DNA of 64,000 nucleotides from the NCBI GenBank assembly GCA_965215265.1, contig OZ244048.1:384001-448000 (forward strand). Direction: 5' to 3'. Positions within the stretch are counted from its first letter, which is position 1, and every line of letters starts with the position of its first letter. Position numbers and translations under genes: made by a program. This DNA comes from Candidatus Poribacteria bacterium (lineage in GTDB: Bacteria; Poribacteria; WGA-4E; WGA-3G). The notes below the pieces were generated by a model that did no database searches, had not been told where the DNA came from, and worked only from the letters and a program-made list of their open reading frames with translations. Below are positions 52,301 to 61,297 of this stretch, piece by piece.

Positions 52301-53216
52301 CCCGATGCAGCTCGCCTATTTGTCTTCAGAAGAATGGACGTTAGCACGCACAGAAACACTCGCCCTACTACAGAAATTGCAACACACGGGAACATCATTC
52401 AGCGAATCAATACAAGGTCAACTTTATATTGGTATCTTCACCGGATACAATGAAGCATTTATCATAGATGAATCTCTCTGTCAGCAGCTAATAGCAGAGG
52501 ATGCCAAAAGCGCACAACTCATAAAACCTTTACTGCGAGGGCGGAATCTCAAAAAATGGAAAGCGGTATCAGCAAACGAGCACTTGATAGCAATAGCCAG
52601 CAGTGCCAATAAACAGTGGCCCTGGTCAAACGCAGCAAGCGAATCTGAAGCCGAACAGATTTTTGAAAAAACCTATCCAGCAATCCATCGCCATCTAATA
52701 CGCTATAAAGAGCGGCTTTTACCCCGTGATAACCAGGGAAAATTCTATTGGGAGTTGCGTTCGTGCGCCTATTACGACGCGTTCGAAAAGCCGAAGATCA
52801 TCTATCCGGATATTAGCTCATCTATGCGTGCGTGTTATGATACCGCAAACGCTTTTTCCTTACAGACTACCTACATCTTACCTACTGAGGATCTCTCTTT
52901 GCTTGCAATTTTGAACAGCCAACTTTTTGATTGGTATGCCAAATATAAGTTTCAGAGCCTTAACGATCCGTGGATAGGTGGTGGCTTGCGTTTCATTGCT
53001 CAATACATGCGACATGTCCCGATAGCCAATAGAACAGAAGCACAGAAAGCCGCACTCTCACGCCTCGTCGCGCAGATATTGGCAGAACCCAACGGCGATG
53101 CCGTGAACGCACTTGAGAAAGAGATAGATACCTTAGTCTATCAGTTATATGAGTTAACGCCGCAAGAAATTCAACTCATAGAACAGACGTATCGCGACGC
53201 AGGGATGACAGTATGA
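49309..53216 (+). pseudogene. Type IIG-like (Eco57I/TaqI-class MTase plus TRD) RM gene, frameshifted only at a C9 tract
   Basis: Frame 1 to 50274 (IRLITRLLFIWFLKEKGLV); second frame open from 50250 (YYQAILQNLFF, NGGLF, DPELLGQIFENLL, GSYYTP, DPAVGSGAF, GNPPY) to 53216. Confidence 0.85.
50253..50261 (+). repeat. C9 homopolymer at the RM gene frameshift
   Basis: TA-CCCCCCCCC-TT; C10 or C7 would restore the frame. Confidence 0.9.
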
Positions 53217-53259
53217 AGCACCACGCTCTATATTATAGCAACCCACCAGAATTGCGGTT

Positions 53260-53858
53260 TGGAGCCAAACATCTGAAGTTACGATATGAGCCGTTTTCAC
53301 GAAAAAAGACGTTGACAAAAAAGCAGAGACGCTGCTATACTTTATCATGAGAAGTCAACAGCCTAAGCAGATAGATAAGGATATCAAGATTTATTTCAAA
53401 CGCGTCTGCTCTAAGTGGCAACGACTTTGGGGCCGAAGCGGCTGTCGGCGATAACCGCCTCCGTTCGTGAATTGGATAGTTTGTAGTCAAACAGAGGCAG
53501 CTGCCAGATAACCCGTTTTCACGAAAGGAACAGATTTTGTATTTTATGAACGCAGTGGTAGTCTACGCTCACGAAAATCCTCGTGAAACTTTTCGTGAAT
53601 TGCATACCACCAACCAAAACAGAGGAAACTACCAGATAAGCCTGTTTCACGAAAAAACGCATGTCGAATCTTCTGAACGCAGTGGTAGTCTACGCTCACG
53701 AAAATCCCTCGTGAAACTTTTCGTGAATTGGAGACTCTGGAGCAAAACAAAGGAAGTTGCGATATGAGCCGTTTCACGAAAGGAACGGATTCTGTATCGT
53801 ATGAACGCAGTGGTAGTCTACGCTCACGAAAACCTCTCGTGAAACTTTTCGTGAATTG
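53260..53858. repeat. Array of ~128-bp degenerate tandem repeats with nested inverted motifs
   Basis: Near-identical ~56-bp core TGAACGCAGTGGTAGTCTACGCTCACGAAAA..TCGTGAAACTTTTCGTGAATTG at 53547, 53674 and 53802, plus a partial first unit. Confidence 0.9.
53312..53341 (+). promoter_or_regulatory. Strong sigma-70-type promoter inside the first repeat unit
   Basis: TTGACA-18 bp-TATACT with extended -10 TG. Confidence 0.6.
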
Positions 53859-54026
53859 CATCCGGTACAGACACACCATTTTTTCCCATTGACAACCACC
53901 GTTCACCCGTAACTCACAATTTAAAAAAAATATCACATTTGTAGTGCCCAAATAGGAGTCGTTCTCCAGCCAAGGCAACCAGATATCGACGTTATCTCAA
54001 TAGCAAAAAAAAAATTCAAATCTGCT

Positions 54027-54055
54027 TTGCAATTCTATTAAAATTGTGGTAAAAT
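54027..54055 (+). promoter_or_regulatory. Sigma-70-type promoter
   Basis: TTGCAA-17 bp-TAAAAT with extended -10 TG. Confidence 0.5.
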
Positions 54056-54117
54056 TCACGTGCAATGTCCAGAACACTCTTAATTAAAGCCGTACACTGA
54101 ATTCAAGGAGAAAACTT

Positions 54118-54882
54118 ATGAAAGTCGGTATTCGAGATGGCATGTTACCCGTTTCCTTTGAAGACGCGTTCCAAACCGCACAAAACATTGGGTTCGATGG
54201 CATTGAGCTCTGCCTCGGGGTCAACTACCGCCAACATCCACTCTGGCAAGACGATGCAGTCGATAAGGTGAACCGTTTAGCCGAAGCCGCAGGAATTGAA
54301 GTCGCCTCCCTTTCGCCCGGCGGGTTCACCGCCTACTCATTCATGCACCCAACAGATAGCACACGCAGCGAGGGCATTGCAAAATTGCAATACCTCGCAG
54401 AAATCTGTCCAAAACTCGGCGCAAACGTAATTCTCGTACCTTTCTTCGGAAACGGAGCCATCCAAGAAGAACACATCAACGCAACTCGATTCCTTGACGG
54501 ACTAAAAGCCGCCGCAGAAACCGCTGAAAAACATCACGTCGCACTCGCAATAGAATCTACCCTAACTGCTCAACAACACCTACAGATTATTGATGCCGTC
54601 AAATCACCCGCAGTCGGTGTCTATTACGACATGGGCAACGCAACCGGATTCGGATACGACGCACCCGCTGAAATACGGGAACTAGGCAGCGCAATCGTCC
54701 AAATGCACATTAAAGATACCAGGGGAAACCACGCAGGCGAAGGCGATGTCGACTTCAAAGCCGTTTTTGAAGTCGTCCATGCAATCGAATACGACAGCTG
54801 GTTCGTACTCGAAACACCCGGCAAAGATCAACCCATACAAGCCGCTCGCAAAAACCTTAACTTCGTCAGACAGAATTTCTGA
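54118..54882 (+). CDS. Sugar phosphate isomerase/epimerase (TIM barrel)
   Basis: GFDGIEL, AIES, YYDMGN, MHIKD, VLET. Confidence 0.87.
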   Translation: MKVGIRDGMLPVSFEDAFQTAQNIGFDGIELCLGVNYRQHPLWQDDAVDKVNRLAEAAGIEVASLSPGGFTAYSFMHPTDSTRSEGIAKLQYLAEICPKLGANVILVPFFGNGAIQEEHINATRFLDGLKAAAETAEKHHVALAIESTLTAQQHLQIIDAVKSPAVGVYYDMGNATGFGYDAPAEIRELGSAIVQMHIKDTRGNHAGEGDVDFKAVFEVVHAIEYDSWFVLETPGKDQPIQAARKNLNFVRQNF

Positions 54883-54938
54883 AAACGCACTACGCTACCA
54901 CAGCAAAACACAGAGAAAAACCGTATTGGAGATGTCTC

Positions 54939-55697
54939 ATGCCACAAACCGACATTTTTCAACCATACATTTTTGGAGAAGAAGAACGGAAAGCACTAGA
55001 CCGGGACGGGCATTTTGTTTTACCACAACTGCTGCTACCACACGCACAGAAAAAACTAACTGAATCCCTCGCACACATACAGAAACTTATACCCGCTGCA
55101 GTGCAAGGCCATGAACCCAACCGATTCGCAGCCGAATTTGATACTTATTTGGAGAGCCTCATCGCACATCCACAAATGCTCCAACTCGCACGCAACGTAC
55201 TTGGAGACGAAATTCGCTTCGACCACTGCGTCACACTGAACCGAAACGGCGGCAATCGTGGAATCGGATGGCACAGCCACGGATACGCAGACGATGAACC
55301 ACGACTAGGATTCCTACGCATCTTCTTCTACGTCAACGGATTTCAACACCAAGATGCCGCATTAAAGGTAGTCCCCGGCAGCCACCTCTTCCGCGACGCT
55401 AAAATTCATGCACAATCTGATCACGAATTGAAGGCAAATTGGATCGCACAAAAGACGCACCCCATAACCCGTAAACCCCTCAAAATCGAAACCTTAACCG
55501 CACTACCAGGAACCGTCGTCTTAATGTGGACACACGCCGCACACGCCGTCACACCCAGAAAACAACACAGTGACACACGCTGGACCGTCGTCTACGCATA
55601 CCGAAACCCCGGCAGAACCTCCGGAGCTAGATGGATAACACCTGAATTTGAGCGTAAACCGATACCCAGCACCGAGAAATTGATGCCACTCTACTAA
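54939..55697 (+). CDS. PhyH-family dioxygenase
   Basis: LDRDGHFVL, GWHSH, VVPGSH, THAAHAV. Confidence 0.8.
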   Translation: MPQTDIFQPYIFGEEERKALDRDGHFVLPQLLLPHAQKKLTESLAHIQKLIPAAVQGHEPNRFAAEFDTYLESLIAHPQMLQLARNVLGDEIRFDHCVTLNRNGGNRGIGWHSHGYADDEPRLGFLRIFFYVNGFQHQDAALKVVPGSHLFRDAKIHAQSDHELKANWIAQKTHPITRKPLKIETLTALPGTVVLMWTHAAHAVTPRKQHSDTRWTVVYAYRNPGRTSGARWITPEFERKPIPSTEKLMPLY

Positions 55698-55858
55698 TAT
55701 AACCCACGATGAGCATAACACCATCTCTTACTAGTCATGAAAAGTATAAGAACCCTCTGCTGTTTATACCAGAGCGAGAGCATAACAACCTTTCACACAA
55801 GACACCCCTCCGGAATCAATCAAAATAATCTTCATCGCAAAACATGCGGAGTTGCTAT

Positions 55859-56686
55859 ATGAACAGTCCAAAAATCATAATCCCACGCACCGAAAGCGAC
55901 AAGCTGCTCGCAATGCCAACACGCGAAGCTGAACAACTCTTCCAAAGTTATGAAAAGCAACAGCAGCTTGATATTATAAACGCAACGCGAAACCCTAGAA
56001 AGCGAGAACAACTCTACTATCTCGTACCTGATTGCACCGAACTCATACAAGAAAGCCCAACCGTCGAAGTCCTCCAAATCCTCGACACGATGCTCGGCAC
56101 AGGACTCGCATCCGCACTGCTACCTTGCCTCTCAAATGAACAATTTGAAGAACTCGTCGATATTGCAGTCTGGCAAGACGGAAAATTAGATCAAGAATCT
56201 CTTAACCTCTGGCTCTTTGAACTCTCTGAATGCGATCGCGACGACCTCGCACGATTCCTCGCAGAACTCGACATCCGACTCCTCGCCGCACTCCTCCACC
56301 AACGCATACTATTGCAAAGCGAATACGCCGCAATGTTCATTGAAGCTGAATACATCGACCCAGGCTCCCCCGCAATTCGCTATCTCGATGAACAAGCAAA
56401 AACCATTAGTCAGGCTATCTGGGAAGCTGACGGCGAGATCTTCCTTATGCTACTACGCGAACTCTTCGCAATTGATGAAGAAGGAGAAGTCGACGACATA
56501 CTCGCTCATACACTCGGTATCGCACAAGCTGACAGACAAGAACGCGTCGAACTACGCGATAAACAGACCGGCATTGATGTCACAGAAGCTGAATTGACAC
56601 AACGCGTAGATCTCAACTCACTCACACTTCAAGACGGAGAAGAAGAAGAGCAGCAGGAGGAAAATGATGATGATGAAACAAAATAA
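55859..56686 (+). CDS. Acidic helical hypothetical protein (resembles the DUF6178 N-terminal part)
   Basis: Long ORF with RBS; SNEQFEELVDIAVWQDGKLD...WL pattern recalled from DUF6178, unverified. Confidence 0.55.
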   Translation: MNSPKIIIPRTESDKLLAMPTREAEQLFQSYEKQQQLDIINATRNPRKREQLYYLVPDCTELIQESPTVEVLQILDTMLGTGLASALLPCLSNEQFEELVDIAVWQDGKLDQESLNLWLFELSECDRDDLARFLAELDIRLLAALLHQRILLQSEYAAMFIEAEYIDPGSPAIRYLDEQAKTISQAIWEADGEIFLMLLRELFAIDEEGEVDDILAHTLGIAQADRQERVELRDKQTGIDVTEAELTQRVDLNSLTLQDGEEEEQQEENDDDETK

Positions 56687-57626
56687 CGCACCAATTGTAC
56701 CAACAACCACCATCGACACCCAGCTGTTCCTCGCACAAGTCCTCGCACACGGAGAGGAAAACGGCACAATCTCACATCTCCAGGCCGAGCAGCTCTATCA
56801 GAACGTCACCGTCATCGCACATAAACTTATTACCATGAAAACCCAAAACCTCGCAGACTTGGCAGGACTACGCACCCAGACGCAAAACGCTTTTACACTC
56901 ATTAGCCTGGGACTTGAATACGGCAGCAACCGAAACCTCCACAAAGCAGCACGACAACTCCTCAAAAACAGAACCGTCCAATTCTTCCAGATTGGCAACA
57001 CTATCACCGACAAAGTCGTAGCACGCGCACGCAAACTCATACAAAGCAAAGGACTTCTTACACCTATCGCCTTCCCCGGCCACAACACCGAAGAATTCAT
57101 TATTTTCAACAAAGCCGAGCACGATTTTTTGAACGCAACGCTCCAATATAGTCTCAACATTCAAACACCCCAAATCACTATTAGAGAAACAATACCATGG
57201 CGCACTATTACACAATTGAACGACATAAAACTCATGGAAAATCAACTCGCATGCCTTGAAAACCGACGCCACTACCTCGCAGCTTTGCCCCTCGAACAAA
57301 TTTTAAAACCCGACACACAAATTTTAAAATCCGACACAATGCTCAACTTCACCTTAAAACCTGTAGAATCAATCACGCTCGGCCTGATCGTCAACCTCAC
57401 GCTCCATCGGCAAATCGATTTACAACTCGACTACGATGCCTTAAACGATTTCACCGAACTCGCTTATACCGACGGGCAAATCTCAAACGCCATTCGACAA
57501 CGATTACTCGACTGGATTAAACAATACCTTGACCAGCACCATCAACCTCACGCAGTACAACAATACGCCGCCGCATACTGGGATGAATGTCTTCATGACT
57601 ATCAACAAATCAGAAAATATCGATGA
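56664..57626 (+). CDS. Hypothetical protein (resembles the DUF6178 C-terminal part)
   Basis: AGGAGG RBS; overlaps the upstream gene; ISLGLE...AARQL...FFQIG pattern. Confidence 0.55.
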   Translation: MMMMKQNNAPIVPTTTIDTQLFLAQVLAHGEENGTISHLQAEQLYQNVTVIAHKLITMKTQNLADLAGLRTQTQNAFTLISLGLEYGSNRNLHKAARQLLKNRTVQFFQIGNTITDKVVARARKLIQSKGLLTPIAFPGHNTEEFIIFNKAEHDFLNATLQYSLNIQTPQITIRETIPWRTITQLNDIKLMENQLACLENRRHYLAALPLEQILKPDTQILKSDTMLNFTLKPVESITLGLIVNLTLHRQIDLQLDYDALNDFTELAYTDGQISNAIRQRLLDWIKQYLDQHHQPHAVQQYAAAYWDECLHDYQQIRKYR

Positions 57627-57686
57627 AACTCAGCTCTATCTGAGCAAACAAGAAAGGAGGAAAGCAACAAAGCAGGATTCGACTAT

Positions 57687-58391
57687 TTATTCGGACGCAC
57701 CGGCACTTTGGGACGCTCTAAGCGCCTCGCGCGCCTCCGGCACACCCATCTCACTTAAAGCACGCGCTGCCATCCGCGCACGGTCCGCATCAGCACCTGT
57801 CAGAGCAGCCTTGAGAAGCGGAACCGCTGGAACACCGATCGAAACTAGCGCACGAACCACAAGCCGCCGAACGTTCCATTCCGCATCGGTCAGCGCAACA
57901 ATCAGCGCCGGAACAATAACATCATGCGGCCCACCGATTTCGCCCAGCGCATAAGCCACATGAAGCCGCGTCGACGAGGGCCCCGAATCCAACGCAGCAA
58001 TCAACCACGGCACAGCCGGCTCACCCACCTGCTGTAACCCTAGAGAACCGATAATCTGCACGGTTTCATCCGCATCACTCAGCACTGAAATCAACGCTGA
58101 CATAACATCTGCAGGCGGCTCTGCTTCACGGACACCCTCGCAACTCGTTACGGCTATGTCGCTAAGTGTCCAAACCGATGTCTCACGAACTTGGGGATTT
58201 TCATGCGATATCCCCCACATCAGCGCATCAACTGCCGACGGGCCCATTGCCACTAATGCTGCTGCCGCTTCGCTACGCCGCTTCGCATCAGGCGCACCCA
58301 GTTGGGCAACCAACGTCTCCACCGGCGGCTTTTGTGAATGGCACGCTACCAAACATAGCACAACAAATGTGAACAACTGTAAACTTTTCAT
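57687..58391 (-). CDS. HEAT-repeat lipoprotein
   Basis: Lipobox-like LVAC; repeated VPxLIxAL / VRxxxxxAL units. Confidence 0.8.
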   Translation of the reverse strand: MKSLQLFTFVVLCLVACHSQKPPVETLVAQLGAPDAKRRSEAAAALVAMGPSAVDALMWGISHENPQVRETSVWTLSDIAVTSCEGVREAEPPADVMSALISVLSDADETVQIIGSLGLQQVGEPAVPWLIAALDSGPSSTRLHVAYALGEIGGPHDVIVPALIVALTDAEWNVRRLVVRALVSIGVPAVPLLKAALTGADADRARMAARALSEMGVPEAREALRASQSAGASE

Positions 58392-58509
58392 ATAGACTGA
58401 AGTCTAACAGAATTGCACACTTTTCGCAAGTTTCGCAGCTTTATCTAAAACTTATCACAATATAGGAGCATCACGGCCTTCCACAACGCAAGGAAGCCAC
58501 GTAAAAAAT

Positions 58510-59463
58510 ATGCAACTAGAAACCGCTACATTCGGAGCCGGCTGCTTTTGGTGTATAGAAGCAGTCTTTCAACAGTTAGAAGGAGTTCACGAGGTAGTCT
58601 CCGGCTACACCGGCGGCACCACCGCCAACCCTGATTATCGCACAATCTGTACCGGCACGACCGGACACGCTGAAGTCGTTCAGATACGATTCCAGCCAGA
58701 TGTCATCTCTTACACCGAATTGCTCGACGTTTTCTGGCACACACACGACCCAACCACACTGAATCGGCAAGGAGGAGACCACGGCACACAGTACCGTTCC
58801 GCCATTTTCTACCATAATGATGAGCAGCTGAAAATCGCACGACAATCTAAAGCAGATATGGACAACACCGAACTCTGGGATAACCCAATTGTCACCGAAA
58901 TTACGCCTATGGAAACCTTCTATCCCGCTGAAGACTACCATCAGAACTATTTCAAAAACAATCCACGACAACCATACTGTCAATTCGTCATCCAGCCCAA
59001 AATGCAAAAATTCACAGCCGACTTTAAGCACAAACTCAGAACCGACGCTCCCGCCGACGCTCCCACTGACACCCCCGCTACCGATATCACCACCGAACAG
59101 CAGGAATTCTATGATTTGTGGTTAGAAAGTGTGCTTGAACAAGATATTGCATACCATGAGAAATTAGAGACACGAAGCAAAATCCAGCAAGGAATCTTTA
59201 ACATGTTGCGAACACCAGAGTCAGAACGCACCGAGGCACAGCAAGACATTTTCGAGTTGTGGGTAGACATCGCTCTTGGACAAGATATTGCATACTATAA
59301 CGGATTAGAGACACGAAGCGAAATCCTAGAGGAAATCCTTGACGCACTCCAAGCCGTTCAAGCTGCTAGACTAGCGGAATTCCTTAGCGAGTCGGCACAG
59401 CAACCTACACCCACAGAAGAACCTACCGGAACGACAGAGGAACCTGAAACGCCAAACGAATAG
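58510..59463 (+). CDS. msrA: Peptide methionine sulfoxide reductase A with C-terminal extension
   Basis: GAGCFWC, GHAEVVQ, QYRSAIF, AEDYHQNY, PYC. Confidence 0.93.
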   Translation: MQLETATFGAGCFWCIEAVFQQLEGVHEVVSGYTGGTTANPDYRTICTGTTGHAEVVQIRFQPDVISYTELLDVFWHTHDPTTLNRQGGDHGTQYRSAIFYHNDEQLKIARQSKADMDNTELWDNPIVTEITPMETFYPAEDYHQNYFKNNPRQPYCQFVIQPKMQKFTADFKHKLRTDAPADAPTDTPATDITTEQQEFYDLWLESVLEQDIAYHEKLETRSKIQQGIFNMLRTPESERTEAQQDIFELWVDIALGQDIAYYNGLETRSEILEEILDALQAVQAARLAEFLSESAQQPTPTEEPTGTTEEPETPNE

Positions 59464-59487
59464 CAAATCCGCAACAGGAGAAATCTA

Positions 59488-61044
59488 ATGTTCAGAACCT
59501 ATTTCATCCACGCAATTTTACTTAGCTCTTTTGGCATCATGGCCGATGCCAACGCACAAAAAACTGACACGCCTATCCCTATCCACGTCACATCAGCTAG
59601 ACGCATCACAATTGTCAGCGAAAAACGTTATACCGGACTCTTCATACCCCAAGCAGAACTGCAGGTATTTGCAAATATTCCCGGTAACATTGTCGAACTC
59701 CACGCGAAGCCCGGACAACTCGTGACGAAAGGCGAAATACTAGCACGCAGCAACGCACGAGAAGCAAATATCGCCGCTATAAAGGCTGAAGCCGCATTAA
59801 TACAAGCACAAGCACAACTCACCACCACCACTGCAAACGCACAAGCACGCATTGAAGCCCAACTCGCTGTCGCCCAAGAAGCTCTCCTCGCAACCCAAGC
59901 CAGACTCGAAGAGACAAAATCACTCGCAGAAATGCGCATCCGCAACCAACTGACGCAGGCTGAAGCCGCATACAAAGCCGCTGAAGCTACTCACGCACGT
60001 GCTAAAGTCAACGCACAACAAGCCACAAAACGCGCAAAAGCTGAACTCGACAAAACTGAACTCGATTTTAACAGAAATAAGGCACTTCACGAAAAACAGC
60101 ACATCAGCGATAGCGACTTTGAAGCAGCCGAAACCCGACTCAAAGTCTCAAAAACACGCTACCAAGAGGCACTCGCATCGCTAAACCAGTTTCAGGACGG
60201 AACCGCCCAACTCGCCGTACAGAAAGCAAAAACTGAATTGGAAGTCGCACGCAAGGTCGTTCAAAGCCGAGGATGGGAACGCGAAATTGCTACCGCTCAA
60301 TCAAAACTTAACCAAGCACAAGCCACACTCACTACTGCACAGAAATTGGTCGACGCAAAAGCATGGGAACGCGAAATCGCCATCGCTCAATCCGCTGTCA
60401 AACAAGCCGAAGAACAGTTGAAACTCGCTCGACAACACCTCAATAACGCCGCTATTACATCACCCATTAACGGCGTAATTGTCTCGCGCAACGTTGAACT
60501 CGGAGACTACGCAAAACCACCCAGCGCACTCGGAAGCCCTATTTTCACAGTTATCTCAACCGACAGCCTCACCGCAGCATGGAGCATCCCAGCACAAGAA
60601 CTCAGCAAAATTGAAATCGGACAAATGGTCCTGATCTCCACATCTACTGGAATTCAGAACATTGTAGGTACAATCGACTTCATCAGTCCGACCTTCAACA
60701 AACAAGATAACACCGTGCTTGTTCATGCAACCCTCTCTAAACCAGAACGCAAAAGCACACGGAAACTCCTCAAACCCGGGGCCACTATCACCGTCGCCGT
60801 CAAAACAGATGAACGGAAAGACGTACAACTCCTCCCGCTCCGAGCTGTCATCCACATTCAGAATGCTACAGGCGAAATTTTCATCGTCAACGGAAACACA
60901 ACCCAACGAAAGCAGATAAACGTCGGCGCTATCTACGGAAGCGAAATCGAAGTCACATCAAAACTTACGCTAAAAACGCAGGTGATTGTCGATAACCAAC
61001 ACCTCTTGCAAGACGGAACCCCTATTACTATTGCACCCGATTAA
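59488..61044 (+). CDS. RND/HlyD periplasmic adaptor subunit with long coiled coil
   Basis: IPGNIVELHAKPGQLV, ITSPINGVI, LKPG. Confidence 0.82.
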   Translation: MFRTYFIHAILLSSFGIMADANAQKTDTPIPIHVTSARRITIVSEKRYTGLFIPQAELQVFANIPGNIVELHAKPGQLVTKGEILARSNAREANIAAIKAEAALIQAQAQLTTTTANAQARIEAQLAVAQEALLATQARLEETKSLAEMRIRNQLTQAEAAYKAAEATHARAKVNAQQATKRAKAELDKTELDFNRNKALHEKQHISDSDFEAAETRLKVSKTRYQEALASLNQFQDGTAQLAVQKAKTELEVARKVVQSRGWEREIATAQSKLNQAQATLTTAQKLVDAKAWEREIAIAQSAVKQAEEQLKLARQHLNNAAITSPINGVIVSRNVELGDYAKPPSALGSPIFTVISTDSLTAAWSIPAQELSKIEIGQMVLISTSTGIQNIVGTIDFISPTFNKQDNTVLVHATLSKPERKSTRKLLKPGATITVAVKTDERKDVQLLPLRAVIHIQNATGEIFIVNGNTTQRKQINVGAIYGSEIEVTSKLTLKTQVIVDNQHLLQDGTPITIAPD

Positions 61045-61069
61045 AAAAGCACCGACAGATATCGCAACG

Positions 61070-61167
61070 ACGCATACACCTCTTTCACCGTTGATTCCAG
61101 ACTTCTTGAGGGGGACTCATAAGAATCCCCCTAAACGCATATACCTCTTTCACCGTTGATTCCAGAC
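61070..61167. repeat. Two 33-bp direct repeats flanking a 32-bp hairpin-forming spacer
   Basis: ACGCATA(C/T)ACCTCTTTCACCGTTGATTCCAGAC at 61070-61102 and 61135-61167. Confidence 0.85.
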
Positions 61168-61297
61168 GGTATATGTCGCACACATCAACATCAGTCCTCT
61201 CATTTAAACCATTACCACGCAAACTTAAATTAAAATTGGGCAGCGTACCAAAGCACACTGCCCTCCGCATACGGATACAGCCGAATACAGATAGAAA

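Noticed and set aside
53260-53858. Canonical CRISPR array
   Set aside because: The period of ~128 bp is too long, the inter-core segments are homologous to each other, and no cas genes are in the window.
53290-53858. parS cluster (GTTTCAC half-sites)
   Set aside because: Only half-sites match; there is no full TGTTTCACGTGAAACA palindrome and no parAB nearby.
53537-53978. Track ORFs across the repeat array
   Set aside because: Unit lengths of 127 and 128 bp are not multiples of 3, so the core is read in different frames; unlikely to be coding.
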